A DNA stretch of 64,000 nucleotides from Chiloscyllium plagiosum (GCF_004010195.1 NC_057719.1:79596503-79660502), one strand, 5' to 3'; counted from the stretch's first letter, positions 11,880 through 24,190 are shown. Translations and numbers: made by a program. The notes: generated by a model not told the origin, from the letters alone.

Positions 11880-12050
11880 AAAAAAAGCCAAAAGAACTAC
11901 GGAGACTGGAAGTCAGAACCAAAACAGAAATTGCTGGAAAAGCTCAGCAGGTCTGGTCGTATCTGTGGAGAGAAATCAGAGTTAACAGAGTCTAGTGACC
12001 CTTCTTGAACAAAGCTGCAGGTCTGGCAACATCAGTTCTGAGGAAGTTAA
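11880..12050. mobile_element. Old PLE-derived fragment (family D)
   Basis: aaaacagaaattgctggaaaagctcagcaggtctgg..gagttaac..tgacccttct, same family as 12172. Confidence 0.65.
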
Positions 12051-12171
12051 TGTCTTTGGTTTGCCTTTCATATTATTTTTCCTGCAAAAGCAAAATGAGA
12101 CTTTTGAAATGAGCTCAGTTCACTAGAAATTCCTGAAATCCAGAGGAGTTTCCAGGGTTTTACTTTAAAGT

Positions 12172-12387
12172 AAAACCAAAGAATGCCGTTGCTGGAAATC
12201 TGAAACAAAAACAGAAATTGCTGAAAAACGTCAGCTGGTCTGGTAGCTTCTGCGGAGAGAAATCAAAGTTAACGTTTCATGTCCAGTTCTGAAGAAAGAT
12301 TACTCAACTTGAAACGTTCAGTTTGCTTTCTCTCTGCAGATGCTGCTCAAATTGCTGAGTTTCACCAACACTTTCTGTTTCTGTTTG
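12172..12387. mobile_element. Old palindromic PLE/HHR mini-element (family D)
   Basis: Inverted arms; agtt-CTGAAGA(12289)-stem-GAAA-CGTT(12318); flanks actttaaagt/acattaaagt may be a TSD. Confidence 0.7.
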
Positions 12388-13899
12388 ACATTAAAGTGAT
12401 GCCCCGAGTGAACCCAGCAGATGTGCTTTGAGTACCTCAGCTCACCTTTATCAACTTACTTAGTTCTGCCAATCTCTGGATTGCCCCGGACATAATTACA
12501 ATGAGTATTTCTTATGGGTGAGAGATGATTGGTCTGTAATGTTGACTTCATGGACCATCTATACTGCCTACAGCAGCATAACTGAAGTCATATCAGTAAA
12601 AGGAGGCATAGTCTTGATCAGAAGAGGTTGTGAGCTCTGAGAGATTGATGGCATAAACTGAACAGATTACTAGAGCAATGAGAATGCCAAGAACTGGAAA
12701 ACCGTATTCACGAAACCAGAATATGACAGAAAGGACAGGTCAAGGTCCAACAAGAATGTATATCCTAAGGGTAAATGGGAAAGGGAATTGGTGTTTTGTA
12801 TAAAATAGGAAGCTAGAGAATAATTAGCTTCTTTGAGATCTACACATTAAGAGTGAATGGAAAGGGGCTTGGGGTGGTGTAAGTGCAAATGGGAAGGGGT
12901 TTGGAGCTTTGGGATTCAGTAAATGAGTTTGAATAGGAAAGGTTCTTACCCATTGGGATTCTAAGCGGAATGAATGGGAACATCATTGGATCTGTTGGGA
13001 TTCTAAGTCATTAGAACAAATGGAAAGGGGTTTAGATGCAGATTCTATGCAGCAAGATTAGCCGGGACAGAGTTTGCTACCTCGGAACTTTATACATCTT
13101 TTCACAGTGTCCCACTTTAGTTCCCAGCCTTTATTGTTCCACTGTCAATAAACAAAGTTAAGCTTTGCTCTCCTATAGCCCAAGACAGGCTGAAATCTGC
13201 ACCATAAAGAGCCTGATCTGTTTAGGCTGGGCCTCTTCCATCAAACCGTTGAGGGGGAGGAGGGACAAAGAAAAGGGTGGTCATTAGCCAGGTCTCCTGG
13301 ACGACTGCAGGGCCTTTGTCCAGGCACTAATTTATTTATGAAGGGATCCTGTGTACAGACAGACAGTCGGGGTGTTATAAAACCGAACACATTGCCCCAG
13401 GGACAGTCTGAAAGAGAAGGGGGCTGATCTTGGCAAGAGAAAATAGCAGCTATTCCCCACAGGCTTCAATTACTAGTCATTACTCAAGAGCAAAAAAAAC
13501 AGTGTGTATCTGTGATAGTTAACATAACTGGGGAATTTTCCTAAGTATCCAGGTGTCTTCCCAGAGAAGCTGTTTCTGTGTAACGCTGTTCAGAGATCTT
13601 TCAGCTCTGAGCACTGTTTAAGAAAATAGTTTTCAGTAAGTCGTGAAAGTCCTGCGTTTAAATGTCAATCAACTTTCAGGAGTGCCCACGTCGCAGCATA
13701 AGAATCTGTCTCACTTTCCTAATTACTTGCTCAGAAACCTTCAGCCAATTCAAACAGAAAAGAATTACCGCCAGCGATTTTATCAAGGGGCTTAGGCGGT
13801 TCATAATGAAAATCAACAGCACCTACCCCCGCTCCCTGCACTATTCCACCACCCCACCACCACCTTCGCTGTTTAAATGTCAGAGGTGGTGGAAGGAAT

Positions 13900-14150
13900 T
13901 GTCACAGTGAGGGAGCGCTGCGTGGTCAGAGGGGAATAATCAAGACTCCATCTGCTGTTTTGAGTGGAACAGAAAGATCCCATAGCACAGAAGAGCAGGG
14001 GGAGGCCTCCTTGGCATCCAGATGGAAGTGTATCCTTTTAACTGAATGTGAGAGCAGATCTTCTGGTCATTTATCTCATTGCAGTTTGTGGGATCCTGCT
14101 GTGCACAGGTTATTTTGCGATAGTGATGATACTTCAAAGGTACTTCGAGG
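13900..14150 (+). mobile_element. Deu-domain SINE remnant
   Basis: aaagatcccatagcac..agaagagcagggg..ctggtcatttatctcattgcagtttgtgggatc..gctgtgc. Confidence 0.7.
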
Positions 14151-14461
14151 CATATAAAATGCTTCCACAGAAACTCAAAAGGGCAGATAGAGTATTTACT
14201 TTAAAGTCTTACCATAAAGACAGCTCCACCCCAAATCATTTGCACTCCCTCACTACCGCCCTGTGACATCAACCCAAAATACGGGCTCAGGTTCTAGATT
14301 AAGGCTTGAATCTCAATGCAACTGATTTGAAAGTCAGGTGTACCCACTGAGCCAAGGCTGACATTTTTGTTAAATAACTTCCAGTCTATCAGGTACTGGG
14401 GACTCGCAACTCCCTAGAATTGTTAGGCATCAGGATCTCATTCATCAAGTAATGGCGATTG

Positions 14462-14688
14462 AAACAAAAACAAAATAATGTGGATGCTAGTAGTCTGAAA
14501 CAAAGCCTAAAAACATTAGAGAAACTCTACTGGTCTGGCCGCATCTGCAGAGAGGGAAACACAGTTCACGTTTCGAGTTCAATATGACTCTGCTTCCAAA
14601 CTATCGGACTCAAAATGTTAACTCTGTTTCTCTCTCAACAGGTGCTACCAGACCTATTGGCTTTCTCCAGCACTTTCTGTTTTTACTT
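14462..14688. mobile_element. Old palindromic PLE/HHR mini-element (family D)
   Basis: Diverged inverted arms ~14500-14582 / ~14604-14685 meeting at a decayed HHR. Confidence 0.6.
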
Positions 14689-14774
14689 ATGAAAGATTTA
14701 TGTGTTTGCATGCAACACCAGTTATGTTTGTTAGCTGGTATCATGAGGATCTAGCATAAATGGTCAATACTTTC

Positions 14775-15081
14775 CATAGAATCCCTACCATGTGGAAAGA
14801 GGCCATTCAGCCCTTCGAATCTGCACCAAACCTCGACAAAGCATTCCCCCATCCTATCCTTGTGACCCCAGATTTCCCACAGCTAATCCACCTCCCCTGC
14901 ACATCCCTGAATGCTGCAGACAATTTAGCATGGCCAATCCACCTCACCTGCACATCTTTGACACAGACACAGACACGGCGAGAATGTGCAACCTCTACAC
15001 AGACAGTCACACAAGATGGAATCAAACCCGAGTCCCCAGCACAGTGAGACAGCAGTGCTAACCACTGAGCCATTGTGCCAC
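14775..15081 (-). mobile_element. HE1-type SINE
   Basis: Reverse complement of HE1. Confidence 0.9.
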
Positions 15082-15199
15082 TTATAACCATTAACTTTTA
15101 CTTCAAGTTAAAAACCATGCTCCTCACAGTGCTGTCTTTCTGACATGTTCAGTCAGCGATAATAGGAATTTGCATTTTTGCAGAATCCTCAAGATACTA

Positions 15200-15373
15200 G
15201 TCAAAAATCACACAACACCAGGCTATAGTCCAACAGGTTTATTTGGAAGCACTAGCTTTCGGAGCGCTGCTCCTTCATCAGATAGCTACTTCCAATTAAA
15301 CCTGTTGGACTATAACCTGGTGTTGTGTGATTTTTAACTTTGTCGACCCCAGTCCAACACCGGCATCTCCACT
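15200..15373. mobile_element. Palindromic PLE/HHR mini-element (family B)
   Basis: Inverted arms; intact minus-strand core CTGATGA-aGGAGCagcGCTCC-GAAA-GCTA at 15250-15281; degenerate TSD tcaagatacta/tcaaggtccta. Confidence 0.85.
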
Positions 15374-15611
15374 TCAAGGTCCTAAACGCTCCCTGTGACT
15401 TCACGGGTGTGTACACAAGCTGAAATTTAACTCAGGCCAAATCAGGACATATCGGGCTTATTTTATTTGACCATGAGATAAAGGGAACCAATATCGTATT
15501 TGACTTTCCAAAAATGTTTGATAAGGCTCCACATAAAAGATTACTGTCAGATAATGAATTATATTAGGCAACTTTCCCATAAGGGCTAAATATAACAGAC
15601 TGTGATTGTTG

Positions 15612-16790
15612 TTTTGAAAATTATGCTTTATTCATATAAACATCTATAAGTACATACAAAGGTTCTACATCATATCTGTACAGTCTTTGCACAGAGCAAA
15701 AAACACAAACAAAATATTGGAATTTTGACATTTCTCACAGTTTCTCTACAGTTGCAAAAAAAAATGCTTTTCCTATTTATACAGCTAACAATTTAATGAC
15801 CATTTGGAGGCACTCGAAGAGTTTGACAGTAGAAGAGTCCCTCATCATATCATGGTAGAAAGAACTTAAATGGTTGGGTGCCATGATTTAGTGCGTCCCT
15901 CAGCACGTACCCCTGGACCTTGGAATGTGCCAGTCTCTAACACTCGGTCAGGGTCAACTCCTTGCTCTGGAAGATCAATAAGTTCCAGGCAGAGCAAAGA
16001 GCATCTTTCACCAAATCGATGATCCTCCAGGCACAGCCAATGTTGTCTCAGTGTGCAAGCCAGGTTACAGACTGTAGAGCACAGAACTGCTCAGGACAAA
16101 CTTCGACGCAAACCACTGCATCTTTCTCCAGACTTACTTTGCAAAGGCACATTGCAGCAGGAGATGTGTGACAGTCTCAATCCCCCACCCTGCCCCCCCA
16201 TTATAGCTGCTTTCAGGGCAGCATACGGTGGTACAGAAAGTCTGGACATACATGAAGGATCTAATGGGTATTGTCCTTCTCACCACCAGCTAAGTGGTGT
16301 TTTGGTGCTTGAAGAAAGTTCTGGTGATGGGGCATTCTGCCAAATGATTTTGACAGTCTGTTTGGGGAGCCACTCGACAGAATCCACCCTCTCCTTTTCC
16401 TGCAGGGTTTCGAGGATGAGAAATGCTGACGGATTTGTGGTCAAAGGTGTTTCCCTTTGCAAGTTTTTCTACGAGAACATTCTGCGGTGCCGAGGCCAGT
16501 CCCATCCTTCACGACACCAGGGACAGGTAGAACCTCAACACGTAGTGACACTTGGTGTTTACAAACGCACTACTTGATGCAGCCACACACAAAAGTGGCC
16601 AACAGGGTGAGGGCAGCATCCAGTGCGTTCATCCTCCCTTTATCTAGAGCTTTGTACACGGTGTCCCTGCGGACATGGTCCATCAAGGTGAAGTGGAAGA
16701 TGGATCAGGTGACTGCAAAAGCACAGTTTGGGGAATAGGTCAGACCTGCACATTCAGTGACACTGAGAGCACTTTGTGTCTATAATGGTC
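15612..16790 (-). mobile_element. Tx1/L1-clade LINE 3' fragment, decayed
   Basis: Minus-strand translation ETVTHLLLQCAFA (zinc-knuckle end) and CAWRIIDLVKDALCSAWNLLIFQ..RLAHSKVQGYVLRDAL; AATAAA near 15630. Confidence 0.75.
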
Positions 16791-17014
16791 TGTGGTGTCA
16801 TAAAGAAGGATAACTCTCCTTAAGCATGGAGACCAAAACTTTACACTACTTCAGATGCAGGCTCATTAAAACTTGAACAGCTGTGGCAAGAATCTCAATT
16901 TTTGTACTCCATCCCCTTTACAATAAATTTCCTAATTACTTGCTATATCTGCACGCTAACGTTTGTGATTCGTGTAAAAGAGCACCCAAATCGACCCATT
17001 TATACGACAGAAAT

Positions 17015-17324
17015 GGGTGGCACGGTGGCTCAGTGGTTAGCACGGCTGCCTCACAGTGCCGGGGACCCAGGTTAGATTCCAGCCTTCTGTGACTGTCTGT
17101 GTGGAGTTTGCACATTCTCCCCGTTTCCTCTGGGTGCTCAGGTTTCCTCCCACAGTCCAAAGACTTGCAGTTTAGGTGAATTGGCCATGCTAAATTGCCG
17201 ATAGTGTTAGGTGCATTAGTCGAGGGAAAAAGGGGTTTGGGTGGGTTACTCTTCAAAGGGTCGGTGTAGACTTGTTGGGCTGAAGGGCCTGTTTCCACAC
17301 TGTAGGGAATCTAATCTAATCTAA
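17015..17324 (+). mobile_element. HE1-type SINE
   Basis: Full head to (TAATC)n tail. Confidence 0.92.
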
Positions 17325-17379
17325 AATATACCATCTCTCTTCATTTAAATAGTGTAGCACTTAACACGTAAAGGGTCCC

Positions 17380-17557
17380 AGTTTGTAACTGGGCAGAAAC
17401 ATTGATGCTACCTTATTAAGAGAGTCAATTAGTGCAGTTGACTAACCAGTTGGCATGGAGACCCTCGGGTTAAACTATCACTGGTCATCTCTCTCTGTCT
17501 AATGACAGGGCAGCCCTATGGAGGGCTATCCACTCGGACTATGGCGACTTTACCTTT
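17380..17557 (+). mobile_element. SINE-like repeat with ggactatggcgacttta tail
   Basis: Shares ggttaaac..tctctctaatga..gactatggc.acttta with 21858-22082. Confidence 0.55.
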
Positions 17558-18146
17558 TGCTTGTATTAGAGAAGATCCATTCAACTGATTCCTGGATTGG
17601 AGAGAGTTTCGTGAAGAGGGGAAGTTGAACAGGTTGGGCCTATTAATCATTGGGGTGTAGGAGAATGTGATGGGACCTTTTTTGTAAGTATATGCAGTTC
17701 TGATAGAGAGGATGTTTCCCTTCATAAGCAAATCAAGAACAATGGGATACTCGGTCAAAATGTGGGCCATTTATTTAAGACATGGCCGCTGATGAGGCAT
17801 TTCTTTTCTTACATGGTCTTTAAGCTTTGGAATCCACTAGCTCATTAAGCAGTTGACACAGGGTCATTGGATGTATTCAACCCAGGGTTGCAGGGGGAGC
17901 TGATTGGAAAGTGGAGTTAAGGCCACAGTCAGATCTGCTATAATCCTATTGAATGTTGAAGAAGGCTGGAGGGGCCGAATGGTCTACTCCTGTTCCTTCT
18001 CCTTATGTCCTCATGTCAGCTAACAAGGCAAATCCCAAGGAGGACCCAAAAGGAGGGGAGAAAGATGGAAAAGTTTAAAGACAGACTTCCAGAGTCTCGG
18101 GAGGAGCTACTGATCGATGTTTCAGAATGATGGTGAGAGGCAGATA

Positions 18147-18825
18147 GATTAACAGCAGGAGATATACAGTCAGTAACACAGGGTGCTGGGGGAGAGGGGT
18201 TACTGAGTGACAGTGCGAGGGAGTTGGATTAATATCAGGAGAGATACAGTCAGTAACACAGGGCACTGGGGTGTGAGGGGTTACTGAGTGACAGTGCGAG
18301 GGAGCTGGATTAACATCAGGAGAGATACAGTCTGTAACACAGGGTGCGGGGGAGGGGGGTTACTGAGTGACAGTGTGAAGGAGCTGGATTAACATCAGGA
18401 GAGATACAGTCTGTAACACAGGGTGTGGGGGAGAGGGGTCACTGAGTGACAGTTTGAAGGAGCTGGATTAACATCAGGAGAGATACAGTCTGTAACACAG
18501 GGTGCGGGGGAGAGGGGTTACTGAGTGACAGTGTGAGGGAGCTGGATTAACATCAGGAGAGATACAGTCAGAAACACAAGGTGCTGGGGGAGAGGGGTTA
18601 CTGTGTGACAGTGTAATGGAGTTGGATTAACATCAGGAGAGATACAGTCTGTAACACAAGGTGCTGGGGGAGAGGGGTTACTGAGTGACAGTGTGAGGGA
18701 GCCGGATCAGCATCAGGAGAAATACAGTCAGTAACACAGGGTGCTGGGGGAGACGGCATACTGTGTGACAGTGTAATGGAGTTGGATTAACATCAGGAGA
18801 GATGCAATCAGTAACACGGGGCACT
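18147..18825. repeat. Minisatellite, ~8.5 units of 79-81 bp
   Basis: Unit starts (gatt) at 18147, 18227, 18308, 18387, 18466, 18545, 18625, 18705, 18785. Confidence 0.97.
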
Positions 18826-19445
18826 GAAGTGATTTGTGGTTGAACAAGAAATATAAAATATCTGTGAGCGGAGAGTGAAAGAGAAAGGAACTGTGGAAGA
18901 TGGAAGACGGCATCTTTGATTGGATGAAAGGGAGTTCTATTCTATACACTGGCAAAAACCTAAGGAGGAAAGTTATTCAACTGTAAATAATATCAAAGTG
19001 TGTTGTTTGGTCCATCAAAGAGATGAACTCTGTACAACAAACTCCCCTGTGCAGCAGATGGCTTTGTGGTTTGGACTCACTTCCCTTTGAGGCCTGTGTG
19101 CAGAAGAGGATTGCTGAGTTTGTGGTGGAGCTGGGCACCCTGCAGATTTGTGCCTTGCATGGGCCATATTGTGTAAAAAGTGATTGGTAGGTGGCTGCAT
19201 CTTTCATCTGGGATCAAATGAGCATTTTTATAAAGGGTCAGTGGGGATGGGCTGTGCGCAAAAAGAAGTAACCACACAGATCCAGACTTTGCAAATGCAC
19301 AAGCAATACTGTTGAGTAAGTCCTGGTCGATTGTAACTCTGTTCCCATAGTAATCGTAACACGTGCACCAGTTTCCTCAATTTTGCACAGTGCCTTAATT
19401 TTATTTATCAAGTTGGTCAAGTCGAACGCATTGGGCAATGCAAAT

Positions 19446-20165
19446 TGTTCTGAAGCTGTGGGTGCACTGTACCTTTAAGAGAGTTAAAAGCTTGAAGTGA
19501 CAGCACCAAGTGTTCTCAATAAAATACAATATAACATGTAGCCCCGGCTACTGGGTTAGCTAGGGTTGCTGGTTGCCTGGAAATGACAAAACAGGTTCAA
19601 ATTAGGCCAATCAGTTAAAATTACACACCAAAAACTAACAAATTCCAATTAAGTTTGAATTGAGTATATTGACAATCTTAAAAGCTAAAGACACAATCCA
19701 ATGCTTGAGGTATAAGACCGGGGAAAATTGAACAGTTGGGAGGAGAACTGCTACCAGACCAACAGCTGTAGACTGCCAGTCAGAACTCTCTGAGAGGGAC
19801 CTATCTAGAGAAGGAGTTTGCACAGGGAAAAACCTCAACACTGACCTGGAGAGCCAATCTACCGACAAAGATGAAGAGAAGATTTGACTGCTGGTTGGTT
19901 TTAAAATTTGAATTTTCCTGTAAATCTTCATTGGGAGTTTTTATCAGACTAGTATTCTTGAAGGGAAAGTAAAGATTGGCGAGAGAAAGGAGGTGTAAAT
20001 AGTTGTGAGTTAATTATTCCCTGTTATACTTTAAGAAATAAAGTTGTTAATGTTTACTTTAAATAGTTCATGACCCCTCAAATCTAGAGAGATTACTGCA
20101 TAGGATAAATCTTTTCTGTGTTGCAGATTTAAATTAAGCAGAAGGGGTTACCCCTTGTCGTAACA
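19446..20165 (+). mobile_element. Solo LTR (probably Gypsy-type), 720 bp
   Basis: TGTT...AACA termini, 4-bp TSD AAAT (19442-19445 / 20166-20169), internal tataa and aataaa. Confidence 0.8.
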
Positions 20166-20601
20166 AAATTCATTCAACGAAGAGCCCTATATGTTTTCCC
20201 ATTCCCTCCTTCAGATGTCCTCACTTTGTCACTTCAGTCCTGAAAACGTTGAATATGTTGGACCAGTGTCCTCTTGCCACTTGAGTGGTTAAAGCTGATG
20301 TGTGACAGTCTAAATGATATTTTTCTGCAGACTGGGGGTGCTGAGCACATCATTGCCTAGCTGCCAGCCATATGCATACCCTTTCTGAACCCCTTCTTTA
20401 CAGATCGCTTCTGGACTACATACGCCCCGATCTTTACTGCCATACCACTCACACTCCCCAAACTCCAACTGACCTCCTCCTCTAGTGCTACAATGCTGAG
20501 ATCTCAGCACCCGTCCAATCCTGGCCCTGTGTATGTCGTCCACTCCATTTGCTCCCAGCTTTGGTGCTGTTCTTTCAGCCACCTGACCCCTAAACTCTGG
20601 A

Positions 20602-20729
20602 AGACAATGAGGTCTGCAGATGCTGGAGATCAGAGTTGAGAATGTGTTGCTGGAAAAGCACAGCAGGTCAGTCAGCATCCGAGGAGCAGGAAAACCGATG
20701 TTTCGGGCCAGAGCCCTTCATCAGGAATG
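20602..20729 (-). mobile_element. PLE/HHR mini-element (family A), 128 bp
   Basis: Perfect 13-bp TSD cctaaactctgga (20589-20601 / 20730-20742); minus strand CTGATGA-aGGGCtctgGCCC-GAAA-CATC. Confidence 0.9.
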
Positions 20730-20949
20730 CCTAAACTCTGGAGTTTGCTCTTTCTCTGTCTCTGTCTCCTCCTTAGTGATTCCTGAAACACTATCTCTTT
20801 GACCAAGATTTTGAATACTTGTACCAAGTGATAAATATTGTTTGATAATCACAACTGTGCAGCCTCTTTATGTTTTTTTTTTAAACAATGTTGATTGTGC
20901 TGCATGCATTAGCTGCTGTTATTTTGCAACAGATGGAGAACGCAGGAAC

Positions 20950-21285
20950 TTATTTTTAATTCTTTCAAGGGATGTGGGTGCTGCTGGTTAGGCCAGCATT
21001 TACTCCCTGTCTCTCATTGTCCAGGGGGCAGTAAAGTGTCGAGCGTTTGCTCTGAGTCTATAGTCACATGTAGGTCAAACTAGGTAAGCAGTTACCTTCC
21101 CAAAAGGACATTACTGAACCAGATGGGTTTTCCCCGACAACTGGTGGTGGATTCGTAGTCATTGTTAGATACTTAATTCCAGATTCCATCCACCACAGTG
21201 GGATTTGAACCTGGGTCCCCAGAACATAACCGGGGTCTCTGGATTAATAGTCTAACAATAATGCCATTGGGCCATCACCTCTCCA
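20950..21285 (-). mobile_element. Second tRNA-derived SINE family
   Basis: Reverse complement of the 28337, 36410 and 37865 copies. Confidence 0.8.
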
Positions 21286-21857
21286 TTGCTTAATCTGTAA
21301 CAGATCCAAAAAAGAGGTGAAGAAAACTCCAGTGGTGAAGAACAAAATCACCATTTTTTTTCCAAAATTGTCACATTTGCCACATGTCATGTCTTAGTCA
21401 GTCATGTATTGTCACCAAAAATATCACTTTCTGAAAAATGTCACCGAAGTTGCACTTGAATCCAACCATACTAATGGCGTCCACTGCCTCCTTCTGGACA
21501 TTTAGTGCCTTGAAATAACAGAAACCGGCTGTAAAAGCTCCAAATGTCAGCTAGCAGAACTGATAAAGGGTCATTGATCTGTGTTTACTCTGTTTCCGCT
21601 AATACTATCGGTCCTGCTGAGGGGTGCCAACCTTTTCTTTGATGTTGATTCAGCACCTGAAATCTTCTCTGCCATTGAGTTCCATCACAGTTAATCTGCA
21701 CCTCCCTCCTACTTCCTGCCAGGGCTCCATATCACTTGTTATCTTCATGCGACAACGATCTATCAACCTCGGTCTCGAAAGCTCTGATTGAACCCAGCAG
21801 CCACAGCATTTTGGAGTGAGACAGTTCCACATTTCCCAGCACGAGTTGTGAAGGCCT

Positions 21858-22082
21858 AGGTCTTTGAGCTCAGTTGGCTGGATGCCCCATTTCCAATACA
21901 GAGCGACACTAACAGCATGGGTTTAATTCCCACACCATCTAAGGTTACCCTAAAGGACTCTCCTTCTCTACTTCAACCCTCACCTGAAGCATGGTAATTC
22001 TCAGGTTAAACCATCACATCAGCTGTCTCCCTCTCTCTAATGAGAGAGGTCTGGTCTGGTAAGACTATGGCAACTTTATCTT
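21858..22082 (+). mobile_element. tRNA-headed SINE with gactatggcaacttta tail
   Basis: gagctcagttgg..gggtttaattccc head; tail shared with 17380. Confidence 0.6.
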
Positions 22083-22160
22083 CTGAAGCTCAAGCACAAT
22101 TAAGAAATTCCAAATGGCCATCAATATGCCATGGGGATCACAATATTTAAGGAAGGATAA

Positions 22161-22412
22161 CAAGGTGGCTCAGTGGTTAGCACTGCAAGCTCATAGGGCC
22201 AGGGACGCGGGTTTGATTCCAGCTTCGAGTGTCTGTCTGTGTGGAGTTGGCACATTCTCCCTGTGTCTGCGTGAGTTTCTTCCCAGAGTTCAAAGATGTG
22301 CAGGCCAGCCATGGGAAATGGAGGGTTACAAGGATAGGGTGGGTCTGGGTGGGATGCACCTCAGAGGGTCGGTGGGCCGAATGGCCGGCTTCCAGACAAT
22401 GGGGGTTCTATG
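22161..22412 (+). mobile_element. HE1-type SINE, diverged
   Basis: Head and body similarity with deletions. Confidence 0.85.
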
Positions 22413-22708
22413 AAAGGAGATAAGTTGAACTGTAGTAAATATGGGTGCACTACATTGAGCTCATTAGTTGTCAAATTCTTTTAAATTTCTTTTTAATCGC
22501 CTCCAGGTGATCTCAATGTGGCTTCTCATTCACCAATTTGTTCCTTCACAGTGCCCCAAGTTCAGGAAAAGAGCAGAACAAATTTGTCACTGCGCTCTTC
22601 GATCTCACAAAATCATCACAACTGGTGAATCAAACTGCCCCCTGGAAGGTGCAGCAACAAGGTGAGTGTCCGGCAAAGTTCGCAAACATGGGTCAAACAT
22701 GGGCTCCT

Positions 22709-23948
22709 TTAGAGTCATAGAGATGTACAGCACAGAAACAGGCCCATCGGTCCAACTTGTCCATCTTAAATTAACCTAGCCTCACTTTCCAGCACTTGGC
22801 CCATATCCCTCCAAACCCTTCCTATTCATGTACTCATCCAGATGCCTTTTAAATGTTGTGATTGTATCAGCCCCCACACTTCTTCTGGCAGCTCATTCCA
22901 TACACACTGCCCATTGTGTGAAAAAGTTGCCCCTTAAGTCCTTTTTAAATTTTTCCCCTCTCACCCTAAACATATGCCCTTTAGTTCTGGACTTTCCGAC
23001 CCCAGGGAAAATTAGATTAGATTAATTAGATTACTTACAGTGTGGAAACAGGCCCTTCGGCCCAACAAGTCCACACTGACCCGCCGAAGCGCAACCCACC
23101 CATTCACACATTTACCCCTTTACCTAACACTACGGGCAATTTAGCCTGGCCAATTCACCTGACCTGCACATCTTTGGACTGTGGGAGGAAACCGGAGCAC
23201 CCGGAGGAAACCCACACAGACACGGGGAGAATGTGCAAACTCCACACAGTCAGTCGCCTGAGGCGGGAATTGAACCCGGGTCCCTGGCGCTGTGAGGCAG
23301 CAGTGCTAACCACTGTGCCACCGTGCCGCCCACTTGTCTACTCACCCTATCCATGCCCCTCATGATTTTATAAACTTCTATAAGGTCACCCCTCAGCCTC
23401 CAATGCTCTAGGGAAAACGGCCCTAGCCTATTCAGTCTCTCACTATAGCTCAACACCTCCCACGCTGGCAACATCCTTGTAAATCTTTTCTGAACCCTTT
23501 CAAGTTTCACAACATCTTTCCGATAGGAGGGAGACTAGAATTGTACATAATGTTCCAAAAGTGGCCTAACTAATGTCCTGTACAGCTGCAACATGACCTC
23601 CAACTCCTGCACTCAATACTCTAACCAATAAAGGAAAGCATACCAAACGTCTTCTTCACTATCCTATCTACCTGTGACTCCACTTTCAAGGAACTATGAA
23701 TTTGCACTCAAATGTCTCTTTGTTCAGCAAAACTCCCCAGGACTTTACCATTAAGCATATATGTCCTGCTCTGATTTGCCTTTCCAAAATGCAGCGCCTC
23801 TCATTTCTCTAAATTAAACTCTATCTGCCACACCTCAGCCCCTTGGCCCATCTGATCAAGATCCCGTTGTGCATTGAGATAACCTTCTTCGCTGTCCGCT
23901 GTACCTCCAACTTTGGTGCCATCTGCAAGCTTACTAAGTATACCTCCT
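22709..23948 (-). mobile_element. CR1/HER1 LINE 3' fragment interrupted by an HE1 SINE
   Basis: KLERVQKRFTRML..LRGDLIEVYKIMRG; KLADGTKVGG (decayed FADDTK); LINE resumes after 23331. Confidence 0.92.
23012..23331 (-). mobile_element. HE1-type SINE, young, nested in CR1
   Basis: Near-identical to 6683 and 41397; splits CR1 at gggaaaa|..cttgtcta. Confidence 0.95.
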
Positions 23949-24190
23949 GTGTGATCAGGCTTCATTCCTTCTTTCTTTTGGTTTACTCTGGACAGGCTCC
24001 CACAATTGGGGTAATAATTTATGCCATTTACTATAAGCTCTTCAACTTCAACCAGCTGAGGGTGGGGCATGAAGAGGATGGCTGCACATGGAGTTGACCA
24101 CCGGGGCCTGTGCCCACTGGAGGTGCCCAAGCTTGGCAGCATTGCCCCTCATGACCAATCACAGTAAGGGTGTCCTCACGTGTGTAAGAA

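Noticed and set aside
18170..18220. V(D)J recombination signal sequences (cacaggg, gacagtg)
   Set aside because: No consensus heptamer with a nonamer at 12/23 spacing, and no V or J segments nearby.
18147..18825. CRISPR array
   Set aside because: Whole 80-bp units repeat, with no unique spacers and no cas genes; vertebrate context.
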